DNA of 64,000 bases from the NCBI RefSeq assembly GCF_001194135.2, contig NC_068994.1:19135904-19199903 (forward strand), written 5' to 3'. Below, one piece after another: positions 1-13,245 of this stretch. The notes below the pieces were generated by a model. The model saw nothing but the letters and a program-made list of their open reading frames with translations. It searched no databases and was not told the DNA's origin. The stretch's first letter is position 1, and every line of letters starts with the position of its first letter. This stretch comes from Octopus bimaculoides. Taxonomy: Eukaryota. Position numbers and translations under genes: made by a program.

Positions 1-955
1 CTACTCTGTGAAGGTTCCATGGAAGTCCTCCAAAGAGAAGATGTCCAGGACATTTGTTGCAGCTTCCTTCATCTTTCTGAGCTTGAAGAAAAACTAAAAG
101 TTACATGAAACAAGGTTAGGACTGTAAGGGCAGGTGTGGTAGTTTTGATGCCCATCTCTGTCAAGTAATTGGTCACCAGGATGGAATTGTGAACTGGTGC
201 ATTGTTCTGATGCAGGTGCTCTGACCCTTTGCAATGAAATCTCTTTCTGAACTCCCTCAAAACCTCCACAAAGTACTTTTTAGTGACCGTCTGACCAGAG
301 GGAAGCCAGTAAATGTAGTTGATGCCTATGCTGCCAAAATAAGGAGATCATCATGAGCTTTCTTATTTCTTTACTGCCGACAAGGGGCTACATACAGAGG
401 GGACAAACAAGGACAGACAAACGGATTAAGTCGATTACATTGACCCCAGTGCGTAACTGGTACTTAATTTATCGACCCCGAAAGGATGAAAGGCAAAGTC
501 GACATCGGCGGAATTTGAACTCAGAACATAGCGGCAGACGAAATACCGCTAAGCATTTCGCCCAGTGTGCTAACGTTTCTGCTAGCTCGCCACCTGGAAA
601 GCTCATCGTGAGCTTTCTGGTGAACTTGCTTTGTATGGCTTCATGTGCCAGTGAAAAGCAGATGCTTGGCTCGTTCAAGTTAATTCACAAGCAGTCTGGA
701 GCATTTCATAAGTTTCTGTAGCATTTTTGCCAGTTTAATACATATTGCATAGTGAGCTTCTTGTATAAAACTTTATTGCATAGTGAAGCTTCTAATTCTC
801 TTCATGTTTTGAGTGCATTCTAAAACTGAGCCAGCTGTGACAAGCTGTGTTTAGTAGGGTGTGTTCAAAGTGCTGTTACAGCCATTTCCTTCAAACTGGA
901 ATAAAAGTTGGCATGTCAGCTTATTAGGACCAAAACTTCTGGAATGCATCTCACA
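1..955 (-). mobile_element. Degenerate Tc1/mariner element, internally deleted and split by a SINE
   Basis: Minus-strand remnants LGKNATETYEMLQTA (HTH), KLMMI...WLPSGQTVTKKYFVEVLREFRKRF and HQNNAPVHNSILVTNYLTEMGIKT match mariner transposase segments. Confidence 0.85.
363..594 (-). mobile_element. tRNA-derived SINE family A, representative copy with TSD
   Basis: Head GGTGGCGAGCT(A)GCAGAAACGTTAGC, B-box GAGTTCAAATTCC; flanked by catc(a/g)tgagctttct. Other copies near 3701-3915(+), 5770-5985(-), 6016-6225(+), 18120-18530(+, two), 29815-29970(-), 32950-33170(-), 34610-34830(+), 37612-37805(+), 45500-45718(-), 48745-48965(-), 50980-51195(+). Confidence 0.9.
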
Positions 956-1282
956 ACTTAAGTGTTGGGAAAGAGACTTGAAATAAAAGTGTGTGTATGT
1001 GTATATATCATCACTTAAACGTTCACTTTTACATATTTACAAGGCTGAGATGGAATCTGAAGCTGGGTGTCCTTACTGTGACCACCCCTCACCTGTTTCA
1101 AAGCAAGGTATATTTTTCTTCCAAGGCTTGACACATTTCTACAGAAGACTGGAAACAAACAACCCCATTTGTTTAACAGTGATACTTGATTGCAGCTATT
1201 GCATGAGGTCAAAACAAGGAAACACAAACATATACACATGCATGTACATACACACACAAATATGACATATATAGACATTTTC

Positions 1283-1652
1283 CTTTTTATTTGTTTCAGT
1301 CATTTGACTGCAGCCATGCTGGAGCACTGCTTTTAGTCAAACAAATCGACCCTGGACTTATTCTTTGTAAGCCTAGTACTTATTCTATCGGTCCTTTTTG
1401 TTGAACCACTAAGTTACGGGGACGCAAACACACCAACATCGGTTAAACGATGGTGGAAGGACAAACACAGACACAAACAAACACATACATATATGACTGG
1501 CTTCTTTCAGTTTCCATGTACTAAATCCACTCACAAGGCTTTGGTTGGCCCAAGGCTATAGACACGTGCCCAAGGTGCCATGTAGTGGGACTGAAACCGG
1601 AACCATGTGGTTGGTAAGCAAGCTACTTACCACACAGCCACTCCTGCACCTA
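1283..1652 (-). mobile_element. tRNA-derived SINE family B (internal microsatellite), representative copy
   Basis: Head GGTGCAGGAGTGGCTGTGTGGTAAG...GTT(C)CAGTCCC, internal (CA/TA)n, tail GCAGTCAAATGACTGAAAC. Other copies near 1683-1835(-), 2105-2570(-), 11845-11995(-), 16110-16803(+), 16812-17345(-), 37808-38085(+), 49520-49880(+), 55695-55850(-), 56945-57150(-). Confidence 0.88.
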
Positions 1653-2584
1653 TTTATATATATATATATATATATATATGATAGGCTTTCACACAGATTT
1701 ACTCTACCAAATTCACTCAAAACACTTTGGTCAACTCAGGCTATAGCAGAAGTGACTTGCCCAAGGTGCTTTGTTGCGGGACAGAACCTGAAACCATGTG
1801 GCTGGTAAGTAAACTTCTTAACCACACAGCCATGTCACATGTATGTGTGTGTGTTACATGTAAACTATCATACTTAGTATAGTGAACTGAAAATAATTTT
1901 GAATCAAGTGAAATTATAACTGCAATAAAAAGAAAATTATTAATGTTAATGAAAATTACTCTCAAAGAGGGTAAGGGAGAGAACTCTCATAATTTCAGTT
2001 GGCTCTGAACAGATGGTTCTAGACAAGGTACAAATGTGTTGTCTACTACTGAACTACTCATGTATTTCGAATGGAGAAGCTGTCACATAAAAAATAACCA
2101 TTACTCTTTTAATCTTTTACTTGTTTCAGTCATTTGACTGCAGCCATGCTGGAGCACCACCTTTAGTCGAGCATATCAACCCCAGGACTTATTCTTTGTA
2201 AGCCTAGTACTTATTCTATTGGTCTTTTTTTGCCGAACCGCTAAGTTACGGGGACATAAACACACCAGCATCGGTTGTCAAGCGATGGTGGGGGGGACAA
2301 ACACAGACACACAAACATATATATATATATATATATATATATGGGAGAATATACAAATAATAACAACAGACGAGGACAGGTGGTGTAAATAACAAAAGGA
2401 TATATTAGTATGTTCTTTCAGTTTCCGTCTACCAAATCCACACACAAGGCTTTGGTTGGCCCGAGGCTGTAGTAGAAGACACTTGCACAAGGTGCCATGC
2501 AGTGGGACTGAACCCGGAACCATGTGGCTGGTAAGCAAGCTACTTACCACACAACCACTCCTGCGCCTAGAACTATCTAAAAGA

Positions 2585-2845
2585 AAACTTTATATTGCAT
2601 AGAGAGCTTCTAAATTGTCTTCATGTCTTGACCACATTCTACAAACTAGTCAGCTGTGATAAGCAGTGTTTAGTAGGGTGGGTTCAAAGTGCTTTTACAG
2701 CCACTTCCTTCAATCTGGAATAATAAAAGTCGGCAAGTCAGCTTATTAGATGTATATTAATGATATACTGAATTTACAATAATCTAGGACAGTCATAACT
2801 AACTTGCCAAAAAATAAATGCAAAATTTCTGAAACGCACCTCGTA
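2585..2845 (-). mobile_element. Second copy of mariner 5' end with TIR
   Basis: Colinear similarity to 769-955; ends in ...gcacctcgTA (TA target). Confidence 0.7.
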
Positions 2846-3179
2846 AATGAATATTAAGTGTTGGGAAAAAGATTTGAAATTAAAAAAAACGTGGTAATAT
2901 GACTAAGTGGAAAAATTTTCTCCATCAAATAATCTGTTAACATTTTTAAGTACACTTGGAAAAGTGATATGAACTTAATAGCATGGCTAATTTGAAAATG
3001 GCTGCAGCTAACTGGCAGTATTTGTGTAGCTTTGCAGAGAGTTAAATTAACAAAGTGGGTGGGTGGGGGGAGAGAAAGGGGGGATAGGGAAACAGAGAGA
3101 GGTATTGTGTATGCAGTGATATTATTTTTAAATAGATTTTTAAATAAACATGTCAGAAGTATTTAAAATTCTGTCTTCC

Positions 3180-3330
3180 TGCAGATATCAAAATATATGC
3201 ACTTCATTGATCTGAACATTCTCTTTTTTTTCATTTGCTGATTCTGTTGGAAGAAGCAGTGACCATGTCCTTTGCAGTTCCTCTTAGACCAGTGAAAATG
3301 CTGCCAATTAAGTTTCTCTTGAACTTTTCT
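3180..3330 (-). mobile_element. Possible hAT transposase remnant
   Basis: IGSIFTGLRGTAKDMVTASSNRISK and KKKRMF in adjacent frames resemble ZMYM1-like hAT transposases; recalled similarity only. Confidence 0.35.
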
Positions 3331-3332
3331 AA

Positions 3333-3374
<42 letters not shown>

Positions 3375-6300
3375 GTAGTGAGAGAATTCCGGGGGAGGTT
3401 GACATTCTGGCAAGAAAGAACTGGATGTAGTGATTAGTGCTGGACCTGGGAGCAGGACATAAAGGCAAGGAGATGAGAAGTTCAGAATAAAATGGGAATC
3501 TTATTGAGTGGAGGTAGCATGAACCTAGCCAGTACAAAGGAAGCCACTATGTTAGGTGTAGAAAAGGCAGAGAGATGAGACAATGCACTTATGAGCCAGA
3601 GGCTGGAGTGTGTTTGTCGCTGACTTTATTATACCATAAATTCTATAATTCTTTCTGTTAACAGAAACAGATGTAAAGATGTGTTGATATTTGTGTGTAG
3701 GAAGGCATTGAGCTGCTAGAATCATTATTGCTTTGGGAAAAATGCTTAGCGGCATTTCATCTGTCTTTACATTCTGAGTTCAAATGCTGCCAAGGTCAAC
3801 TTTGCCTTTTATCCTTTCAAGGTCGATAAAATAAGTACCAGTTGAGTACTGGAGTTGATGTAATTGACGTATCCCCTCCCTTGAACTTGCTAGCTTTATT
3901 CCAAAATTTTAAACTGATGTGTGTAGATGAGAGAGAAAGAAAGCCTTCTTTTCATTTACATATACAGAAGCCATTCATCATAAAATTGGAGAATTAAAGA
4001 ACTCCTCCTTTAGAATATTCTTCTAAATTCTTCAAGTTTTAATAACTGAATTCAGGAAAAATTGAGAGCTCAAAATGCAACTAACATACAACAAAGTATA
4101 AACAGAAAATGAAAATAAAATATTTCTTTTTCCCCCTTTTTTTCTTTTTCTCCACATTTTTCTTTCCAAAAAAAAATCAACCATTTAATTTGAACTGAGA
4201 CAGAAAAATGCACATGCATCACCATATATGGATGTAGGAATTGTTCTTTAATTCAGACTTTACATCTTGTGAATAAGATAAAATTACTCAAATTATATAT
4301 CACAATGGTTATTGGCTATAATTTTTCTATGACTGGATGGTATAATAAAAATGGAAATTCTTTCTGTTTTTTGTTTTTTTGGTGCTTTTCTTAATTACAG
4401 AATGTGTTTCCTAAGAAGAAGGTGGGGTAAATGAACATATATATATCAATAATGAAAAAATAATTATGCCTGTTTAATTAAACAGGAAATATTTATTCAT
4501 TTGTTTGTTTCTCATTCATTCAATATGTAATTTTAAAATATATAAAATATATAGAATAAAGCTGTAACTGTTGTTAACATCAATGAACAAGAGTATTGTT
4601 TATAACTCTCTGAAATTCTGTTTTTGAACACTTGATCCAATACAGCTGTGTTTAGCAAATAACATTCAGGAAACAACAATAAAAAAAGCAAGTAATTAAC
4701 AAACAAAACAAAAAAAAAACTTGTTATACAATAGGGATATTCAACGATGTTGATAATTAGTTTAGGTTTATTCAAATAATTATAGTCATGTTTAATTTGA
4801 AGAAATTGATTTATTTCTTTATTGCAATGTTGGGAGAAGGGCACAGGGGGGAAAGAAACAACGTCTAAAGGTTGGAAATTTATGTTTTTATTTACAGGAA
4901 TGAAGTGGAAAACACAAAAGGTATGGAATAGATTTGTGATGTAAAAACTGGTGATCATTACATTCACAATGAAATAGTTCTTGGAGTAAAATGGCAGTGG
5001 TGAGGTGAAAACATCCCATTCTGATATCATTTATGTATATATGCATTCATATACACACAAACGTACACATCCTCACACACAAGCACATGTCCTTACACAC
5101 AGACAGAGCCATAAAGAAACATATTTCTATATATAGGCATGCACACACACACACACACTCACATGATGTATATATATAAAAAAAAAATACAAACATACAC
5201 ACATAATTAACTGGAACCAAGTTTATCTTAGCAGCTGATTCAACTTGTTGAATAAACTGCTAAGGAGAAACTTAAGGTCCCAGACAACTGTGATATGATT
5301 AATAAATTTGACTCTACTAACAGTAGAATGTCCCATCTTTAGTCAATGTTTTGCCGTTTATTATTTTTATTGATTAACAATTATATANNNNNNNNNNNNN
5401 NNNNNNNNNNNNNNNNNNNNNNNNNTATATATATAATATACATACATACACACTCACATGCATGCATGTGTATGTGCACACACAGAGTTACAATAATGTA
5501 ACTTGTCAGGTCACCACTACAAGTTTCAGACTCCCATCTGGTTTTCATATGTATTCATTTATTCTGAACAACTATTGTTTGGACAATACAGGAAATCCTT
5601 ATCTACTTCTATGAATGAGCAGTGTGATAGCAGCATTTAAACAAAGCTAATTATTTTAGTTGCAATGATTATGGCTAAGAGGAAGGCACTTCTCAAAATT
5701 CATAAATAAGTAACAGTTCTTGTTCCTGGATACATCCATATACATATACAAAATAGGATGATTGTTAATGCTGGTTTCAAATTTTGGCACAAGACTAGTA
5801 AGTTTGCAGGAGGGGATAAGTCAATTATATTGATCCCTGTGCTCAACTAGCACTTATTTTATTGAGCCAGAAAGGATGTAAACCAGAGGTGACCTTGGTG
5901 GAATTTGAACTCAGAATGTAAAGGCAGATGAAATACCACTAGGCATTTTGTCTGGCATGCTAACGACTCTGTCAGCTCATTGCTTTAGGATGATTGTTAA
6001 TATTAATATGCAATAAGGTGGTGAGCTAGCAAAACTGTAGCATGCTGGGCAAAATGTCTTTCTTTGTCTGTCTTTGCATTCTGGGTTCAAATGGTGTTGG
6101 GGTCAACTTTGCCTTTCATCTTTTTGGGGTTGATAAAATAAGTACTAGTCAGTACTGGGGTCAAATTTAATTAACTTGACCTCTCCCCACAAATTACTGG
6201 CCTTGTGCCAAAATTCCAAATCAATATTAATATACATTAAGATGCAAGAAGAAAAAGAAAACAAAGAATGAAGGCAACAAATAAGAAGAAAGGAAGAAGT

Positions 6301-7273
6301 AATTCAAGAAGCAATTAAGAATGAAAGAGGAAGGAAGGAAGCAAAATAGCATTCAATGAAAGACTAACTTTCTTGAGGATAATTGAATGAATCCAAGAAG
6401 AAACATTGGCATATTTCATGATAGGTATTTAGATCTGTCAAGTATTGAAGAATAAATCTTCTTTCATGCTTACAGAGATTGAATACCTATGATTTGACAT
6501 TTAGATCACATCCACAGATATGAGAGCACTTAAGGATCGACTTCTTTTTAACAGAGGAGAGGCCACAATTTCGGCTGTTGTTCAGGCAGGGTGTACCTTT
6601 TGAGCAATCTTCCAGCCAATATTATATACCACTGCTTTCTCTTACAACAACCACACATGGCTTACAAGCTTTGTTGCATGTCATCTCTCTATGTTTCAGA
6701 AGGAAGATGTATGGTCAGAAAATTTCATCTTTCTCATTTTGTTTTTCATCATTAGCTTGGCATTATAGTTTGAGTTCAAAGACTTGACTTCTGCTTTATT
6801 CAGCAGACAAATGATATGTCTCTCCATGAACATCTAAATTCAGTGGGTGGAGTGAGTTAATGAGATATAATCTCCTTCATATCGGTGGTACCAATCATAT
6901 CCCTACAAAACCATTTCATGTATCTATAGTCAGGAGAGAATTGCATATCTATTAATCTGAGTAAGGCTGTACTTATGTTCATTTTCATGAGGGTGTGAAC
7001 CAAATGATATTTCAATGCTTCTCCCATTTTTTGCAGTGGGATGAAATCATATATGATTTTATCCTTGAAATGAACAAGGATTTACTATATTGTCTTCAGA
7101 AATGTTGTCCAGAAATGTGGATACATGCATACTCTCCCAACAAAAGGTGTATGGTAGTTTAAAAATTGCAGTATTGTTGTTCAGCTAAATTATAAATCAA
7201 TTTTGCAATAACATAAATCAATTTTATATTGAGTCACTGAGTGCTAACTTTTGGAATTTGTATCTTGATGGAT

Positions 7274-7341
<68 letters not shown>

Positions 7342-8564
7342 GAAATTAAAAAATATGAGCTAAGAGAAATGACTCAAAGTGGCATGTGACATATATCTGA
7401 AGAACAAAGCTGAATAAGAGTATATCAAACATCATTCAAGATAGATGCAAGATTTATTGGAATTATTGCTGCATACAGGAAAAAGTAGAACAATCCCTGG
7501 TGGCAAATGGGATCAACTTCAAATGTTAAGGGAGATAATCTCAAAAAGCAAGACATTACTCTGTCAAATGTAATGCCTATTTATTTGCATTGTTTTCAAG
7601 TAATAAGGTATTATCTTGAGCTTCAAGATTTTGATGGTGTGATTGAATATTTTTAGAATGACACCATCTGAAAATGGTTAGATCTGACCAGTTTGAATAT
7701 AAAACAGGTTGTCTATTTGGGTTGGTTTAAATGCTAAAGGGTTAAAAGAAGTCTTGTCTGGAGACAAGAAGACAACTACGGCCATTAATGAAAATGAATG
7801 CCATCTACCAATTTGTTCTAGCAATAACACATGATTCCAGGAGATATACTGACTTCATGTACCTTTGGTCCTACTTTGCTAACAGTAAGCAAGACTTACT
7901 TATGTACAAGGAACAAGCCTGGCGTGTTTGTAGCAAACTTCAAAACATCTGACAAACAAGTATTTCAAAGTGAACATGGCTTGAGTTCTTCAGAGCATGC
8001 ATAGCGAACGTTCTTCTCTATGGAGCCAAAACCTGGGCTATTAGGAAGGAGCTGCAGGAGTGCCTAGATGTTACATATGCCAAGCTTCTTATGAGGACTC
8101 AAAATATCTTGTGTCATGGGTACAAACCCCAAGAGGGAGATTTATAGACATGCTCCACCCATCATCATCATCATCATCATTATTATTGCTCAAGGATATG
8201 CTTTGTTATTTGCCAGCCACTGCTATCATACTGAATGACAGTCCATATTGGATGTCATATTTTGCAGATTCCAGACACATATCTGTACATGTGTGTATGT
8301 GTGTGTGTGTGTGTGTGTGTATATGTATATACACACACATATATGTATGTATGGATGGATGTGTGTGTGCGTGTAAAATTAAACTTATCATTTTGAAGTA
8401 AGTTTAAGAATAACAATGAAACGTTTACTGATGAGGAAACTCAATAGAGAAAGTAGGGTCAGATTTATTACAAAATTGACTAACACTGTAAATACACTTA
8501 ATAAACCATTTAGCAAAGCTTAGAGTGCTGGACAGTATGAATTTTAGGACTGAAACACATAACA

Positions 8565-8905
<341 letters not shown>

Positions 8906-8997
8906 ACTTCAAATTTACAGAAAACAAAGGACGAAGACAGGTGAAGGAACAACAGGCAAGTAAATGTATTAGTTTAATGCTCGGGAAGAATGGAAGT

Positions 8998-9033
8998 CTT
9001 TGACGTTTCAAGCCTATGCTCTTCAACAAAAAG
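8998..9033 (-). ncRNA. Degenerate hammerhead-like motif
   Basis: cttt-TTGTTGA-a-gagc(atag)gctt-GAAACGTC-aaag; two core substitutions. Confidence 0.4.
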
Positions 9034-9174
9034 GATTGAGAGGCAAATAAAACAGAGAGAATGAAAAAAAAAAAAACAGAAAAAAATGTGTAGGGATTAA
9101 CAGGTCAACATGATGAAATGGCCGGAAGAAAGAGGCTGAGTGGAAGGGAGATAATAACGGTGACGTGGCCAAAC

Positions 9175-9960
9175 TAGGGTGTGCAAGCACGTGTGTGTGT
9201 GTGTGTATGTGAGAATGGGGTGTGTAAGTATGTATGTGTGAATGGGGGAAAATGTGTAAGTATGTATGTGTGGGGAAAGTTTAAAATTATGTGGGCTTGT
9301 GTGTGTGTGTGTGTGTGTGTAAGTAACCTAGTGTATACATTTTGTGGTGTGATGTGTGATTCATGTACTGTTGTGTATGTGTGCATATGGACAAGTGTAC
9401 ATATGTGTAGGGTTATGTGTGTGGGTGTGAGTGTGTGCAAACACATGGGCCTGTGTGTGTATATGGGAATGTGCATGTTGTGTGTTTCATGAATTTGTGT
9501 GTTTGTGCGTGCATGAGCAAATGCTTGTGTTTAGCAGTTGAAGTGTGCTTGTTTGGGTGGTATGTGCATGTGTGTGACTCTATAGTGTGCATGTGTATTG
9601 TGTATATTCGTGTGCAAAAGTTGTGTTTATGCATGTTGCATGTATATTGTCTGTGTTCAGATGTTTTGCACATTGTGTGTGCTTTTTGGAGTGAATACTG
9701 TTTTGTGGGGGGAATGCACAGAGATGTGAATTGGGATAGGCGTGGCGAGAGTTAGGGGTTGGGAGGTGGGATGGGGTGAGAGGAGTCAGGAGCTGGCAGA
9801 TATTGGGTGCTAGTGTGTGTGAATGTATGTGCATTTGAGTATGCATAGATGTGTGCGGTGTAGGTACTGGGAGGTGTTGGACACTAGTGTGTATGGAGTT
9901 AGAAGGTGTGTGCATAATGGTTACTGATGTGATATATACATATACACAACTGTAAATATG
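9175..9960. repeat. Degenerate GT-rich low-complexity tract
   Basis: Strong G+T skew on the plus strand over ~800 bp. Confidence 0.85.
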
Positions 9961-10033
9961 CATGTACACACACACACAGATATATATATATATATATATA
10001 TGAGTGTATGTGTATATTATGTGTGTGTGTGTA

Positions 10034-10083
<50 letters not shown>

Positions 10084-12056
10084 AACACTTATATGCACAA
10101 ACAAATGTGTGTGTGTGTGTGTATGTAACTATAGTGTTTATGATGGTGACAGTGTGTGTATGCATGCATATATACAAACACTTTAATATATATATATCAT
10201 CAGTGAGAAAAGTTTCGTTTTTTCATGATCTGCATTTACACTATTTCGATTGAATTGATCTCCAACCGTTATCAGGTATCATACTTATGGAGGATGCATA
10301 CACAATCCAACACTGGATATCAAACTAGGAACCTCAAATCCCAAACTAATGGTGTTCACACTCTTATTATGCACTTGTGTCACTAAATCGTAGAACAAGA
10401 ATATAATTCCTCTTAGTTTAGAAATAAATATTCTGCAATTATTGTAATAAGAATTAGAGATCAAACATTTTCATCTTGTGTGATGAAGTTAATATCATAC
10501 TCACAAAACAACCCATCTCAGTCATTTCATATATTATTGCTGTTTAAATGTCAGTTGGTTTCATTTATAAGTACATATTTGTGTGTATATGTGAGTGCAT
10601 GTATGTATGTATGTATGTATGTATGTACATATGTATGTATATACATATACACACACACATATACATACACAAATATATTCACATATACATAAATACACAT
10701 ACACACGCATGTATATATACATACATACATGTATGTGTGTGTGCGTGTATATATATAAAACTTACTTGGGAAAGGATGCGTGGCGTTCGATCATATAATA
10801 GTATATAAACATATACATATATCCATACATATATGTACATACCTGCATTGATGTCCTGTACCCATATACGCATGTATGTTTACATATAGATGTCGGTATG
10901 CACATAGATGTATGGATATATGCATATGTTTATATATTATTTATATTATCATTATATATATATATATATAGACATGCACACACACATACATATACACACA
11001 AACATTTCATTGAGGACTCCACTGTGTTGCAGTTTTATCTTTTATTATTGCAGATTTTTCATAGATTTATACAAGTTTCTTGTAGTTTATTTGGAACAAT
11101 AATATTTCTAAAGCCATATTCAAATCTTTCTAGACATTTACAGTATCATTTTCAAGAGTTAAAATAGATTTGGCATCTGTGTTGGTTCTTATATACTGGT
11201 CAAAGTTTTATGGACATTTTCATCAAAGGTTTTTTTTTTTTCTTAAGCTTTCACATCAGCAGTTACATGTTAATTTGTTCTGCTCCAAACAAACTACATT
11301 AAACTGCTATGAAAGTATGAAAAAATATCTGCAAAAGAAAGTATAAAACTGGAACATAGCCATGTCTTTAATGAAACATGTATTAAAGACATATATATAT
11401 AATTTATACAAACACACGAAGTCATCATCATCATTCTTTTAACATCTACTTTTCCACGCTTGCATGGATCAGATGAACCCATGTCAGAGCAGAGTGTTTC
11501 TACTGCTCGATGCCTTTCCCTCTGGAAGCCTCATCTCGCTTCAAGCAAGCTAAAAGTCTCTCAATGTATCAAACAATGAACAGCTTGGACACGTTATGTG
11601 AAGAACAGGAAACAAACAACGCCCATTGAATGTGGCTTTTGTTTACAAAGATCACACATGCCAAAACATATCAAGAAGCCTGGAAGTGCTTTCATGATTG
11701 ACTGTAAGCAAACAACACTGTCAAAATGAACAGTGATGTCTTTGTTTAAAATCAGTAAACAAACCTGAAGAGAAAGGGGATACAAACTCACTCACATGAG
11801 CATGCACACACGCACGCGCGCACACAAACACAAACACAGAGGGTTTCTTTTAATTTCCGTTACCAAACCCACTCACAAAGTTTTGGTTGGCCTAGCGCTA
11901 TAGTAGAAGAGACTTGCCCAAGGTGCCACACAGTGGGACTGAACCTGATCTCATGTTGTTGGGAAGCAAACTTCTCAATGGCACAGCCATGCCTGCATAC
12001 ATACACATACACACACACACACATATATATATATACACACACAAATACATACATAT

Positions 12057-12097
<41 letters not shown>

Positions 12098-13245
12098 CAC
12101 GCACACACACATATACATATCTGTGTGTGTGTGTGTAGTGTATGCATGTCTATGCTCATGGATATTTAAATTATAAATTACTGTCTAATTGTCTGTGATG
12201 ATGTCAATGAAGACAGGAATTCTTTGTAATATGGAAGCATTATTCTTCTGAAATTTGCTGCTGAAACCTACATGCAACCTACTTGAGAGATTGAAATCAA
12301 GGTACACTGAAGTAAATATTAAATAAATTCCATAAATTTGTGGTATGGAATTCCATGTTACAGCAAGATCTTCAGGAATGCAATGTGGAAGAATACTTGT
12401 ACTTATTTGCAAAACCAAAAAATACAAAACAATAACAACACAAGTTTGTTTGTTGACAGTTACACTCCAGAAATTATATTATTTCATTTATCTCCTCCTT
12501 TTAGAGGATCATATTGTTCATTTTGCAAGATGTTAGTTATTTATATTCAGGCTGCAGAAACTTCCTCTTTTCATAGGTGGAATGGAAAAAGGCTTGAGTG
12601 AAGTGAAACATACACATACAGGCGCACGCGTGCGCACACACACACACAATGTCTCTCTTTCTCTCACATACACATACAAATAAAAACAATTACAAAACAA
12701 AAAAAAAATAGATTTAAAAGGAACTGTATGCACCTGAGTTGGATGATAACGGAAGCATATAGTTATGGTATGATTTTAGTCTCTGTAATTTAACAAAATT
12801 TAAAGCTGGTAGCTGTGAAAGATATTGTTGATCATAAATCACATTTGAAGAAGTCACAGGACACGAAAGAATAATAACAGATTTAAATGCTTGAATATAA
12901 TTTGGCAATGCAGAGCATTTTGAAGAACAGTTTCTTTTTGTAAGATCAATTAGTTTTTATCAAGTAATTGGCCAGGACAGCTTAAAATACGTTTTTAAAC
13001 TGAACACCATAACAGTTTATGCTGATTACCATAACAGCCTTAATGGAATGTTTTTCCATTTTTCTTGCATCTGGTTTTGTATTTACAATATTGATTTATT
13101 CTCCATCTGTTTGTTTATTACTTTTTCTTTTAAAAAAATTTTCACCTCAAGTTTCAAAAGGCAAATGAAATCAATATTTGTTTTCTCTTCCTTTATCCAC
13201 TAAAAAAAAAAAAAAAAAAAAAAGTAAATAATATTTTGAGCAATT

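Noticed and set aside
6460-6800. Coding-looking stretch (ORF 6578-6787; RQG-like motif)
   Set aside because: No convincing splice sites or family motif; possibly a very old LINE remnant.
8421-8460. CTGATGA...GAAA matches at 8428, ~19113, ~50653 and ~58860
   Set aside because: No stem II closing onto GAAA and/or no NUH plus stem I; treated as chance core matches.
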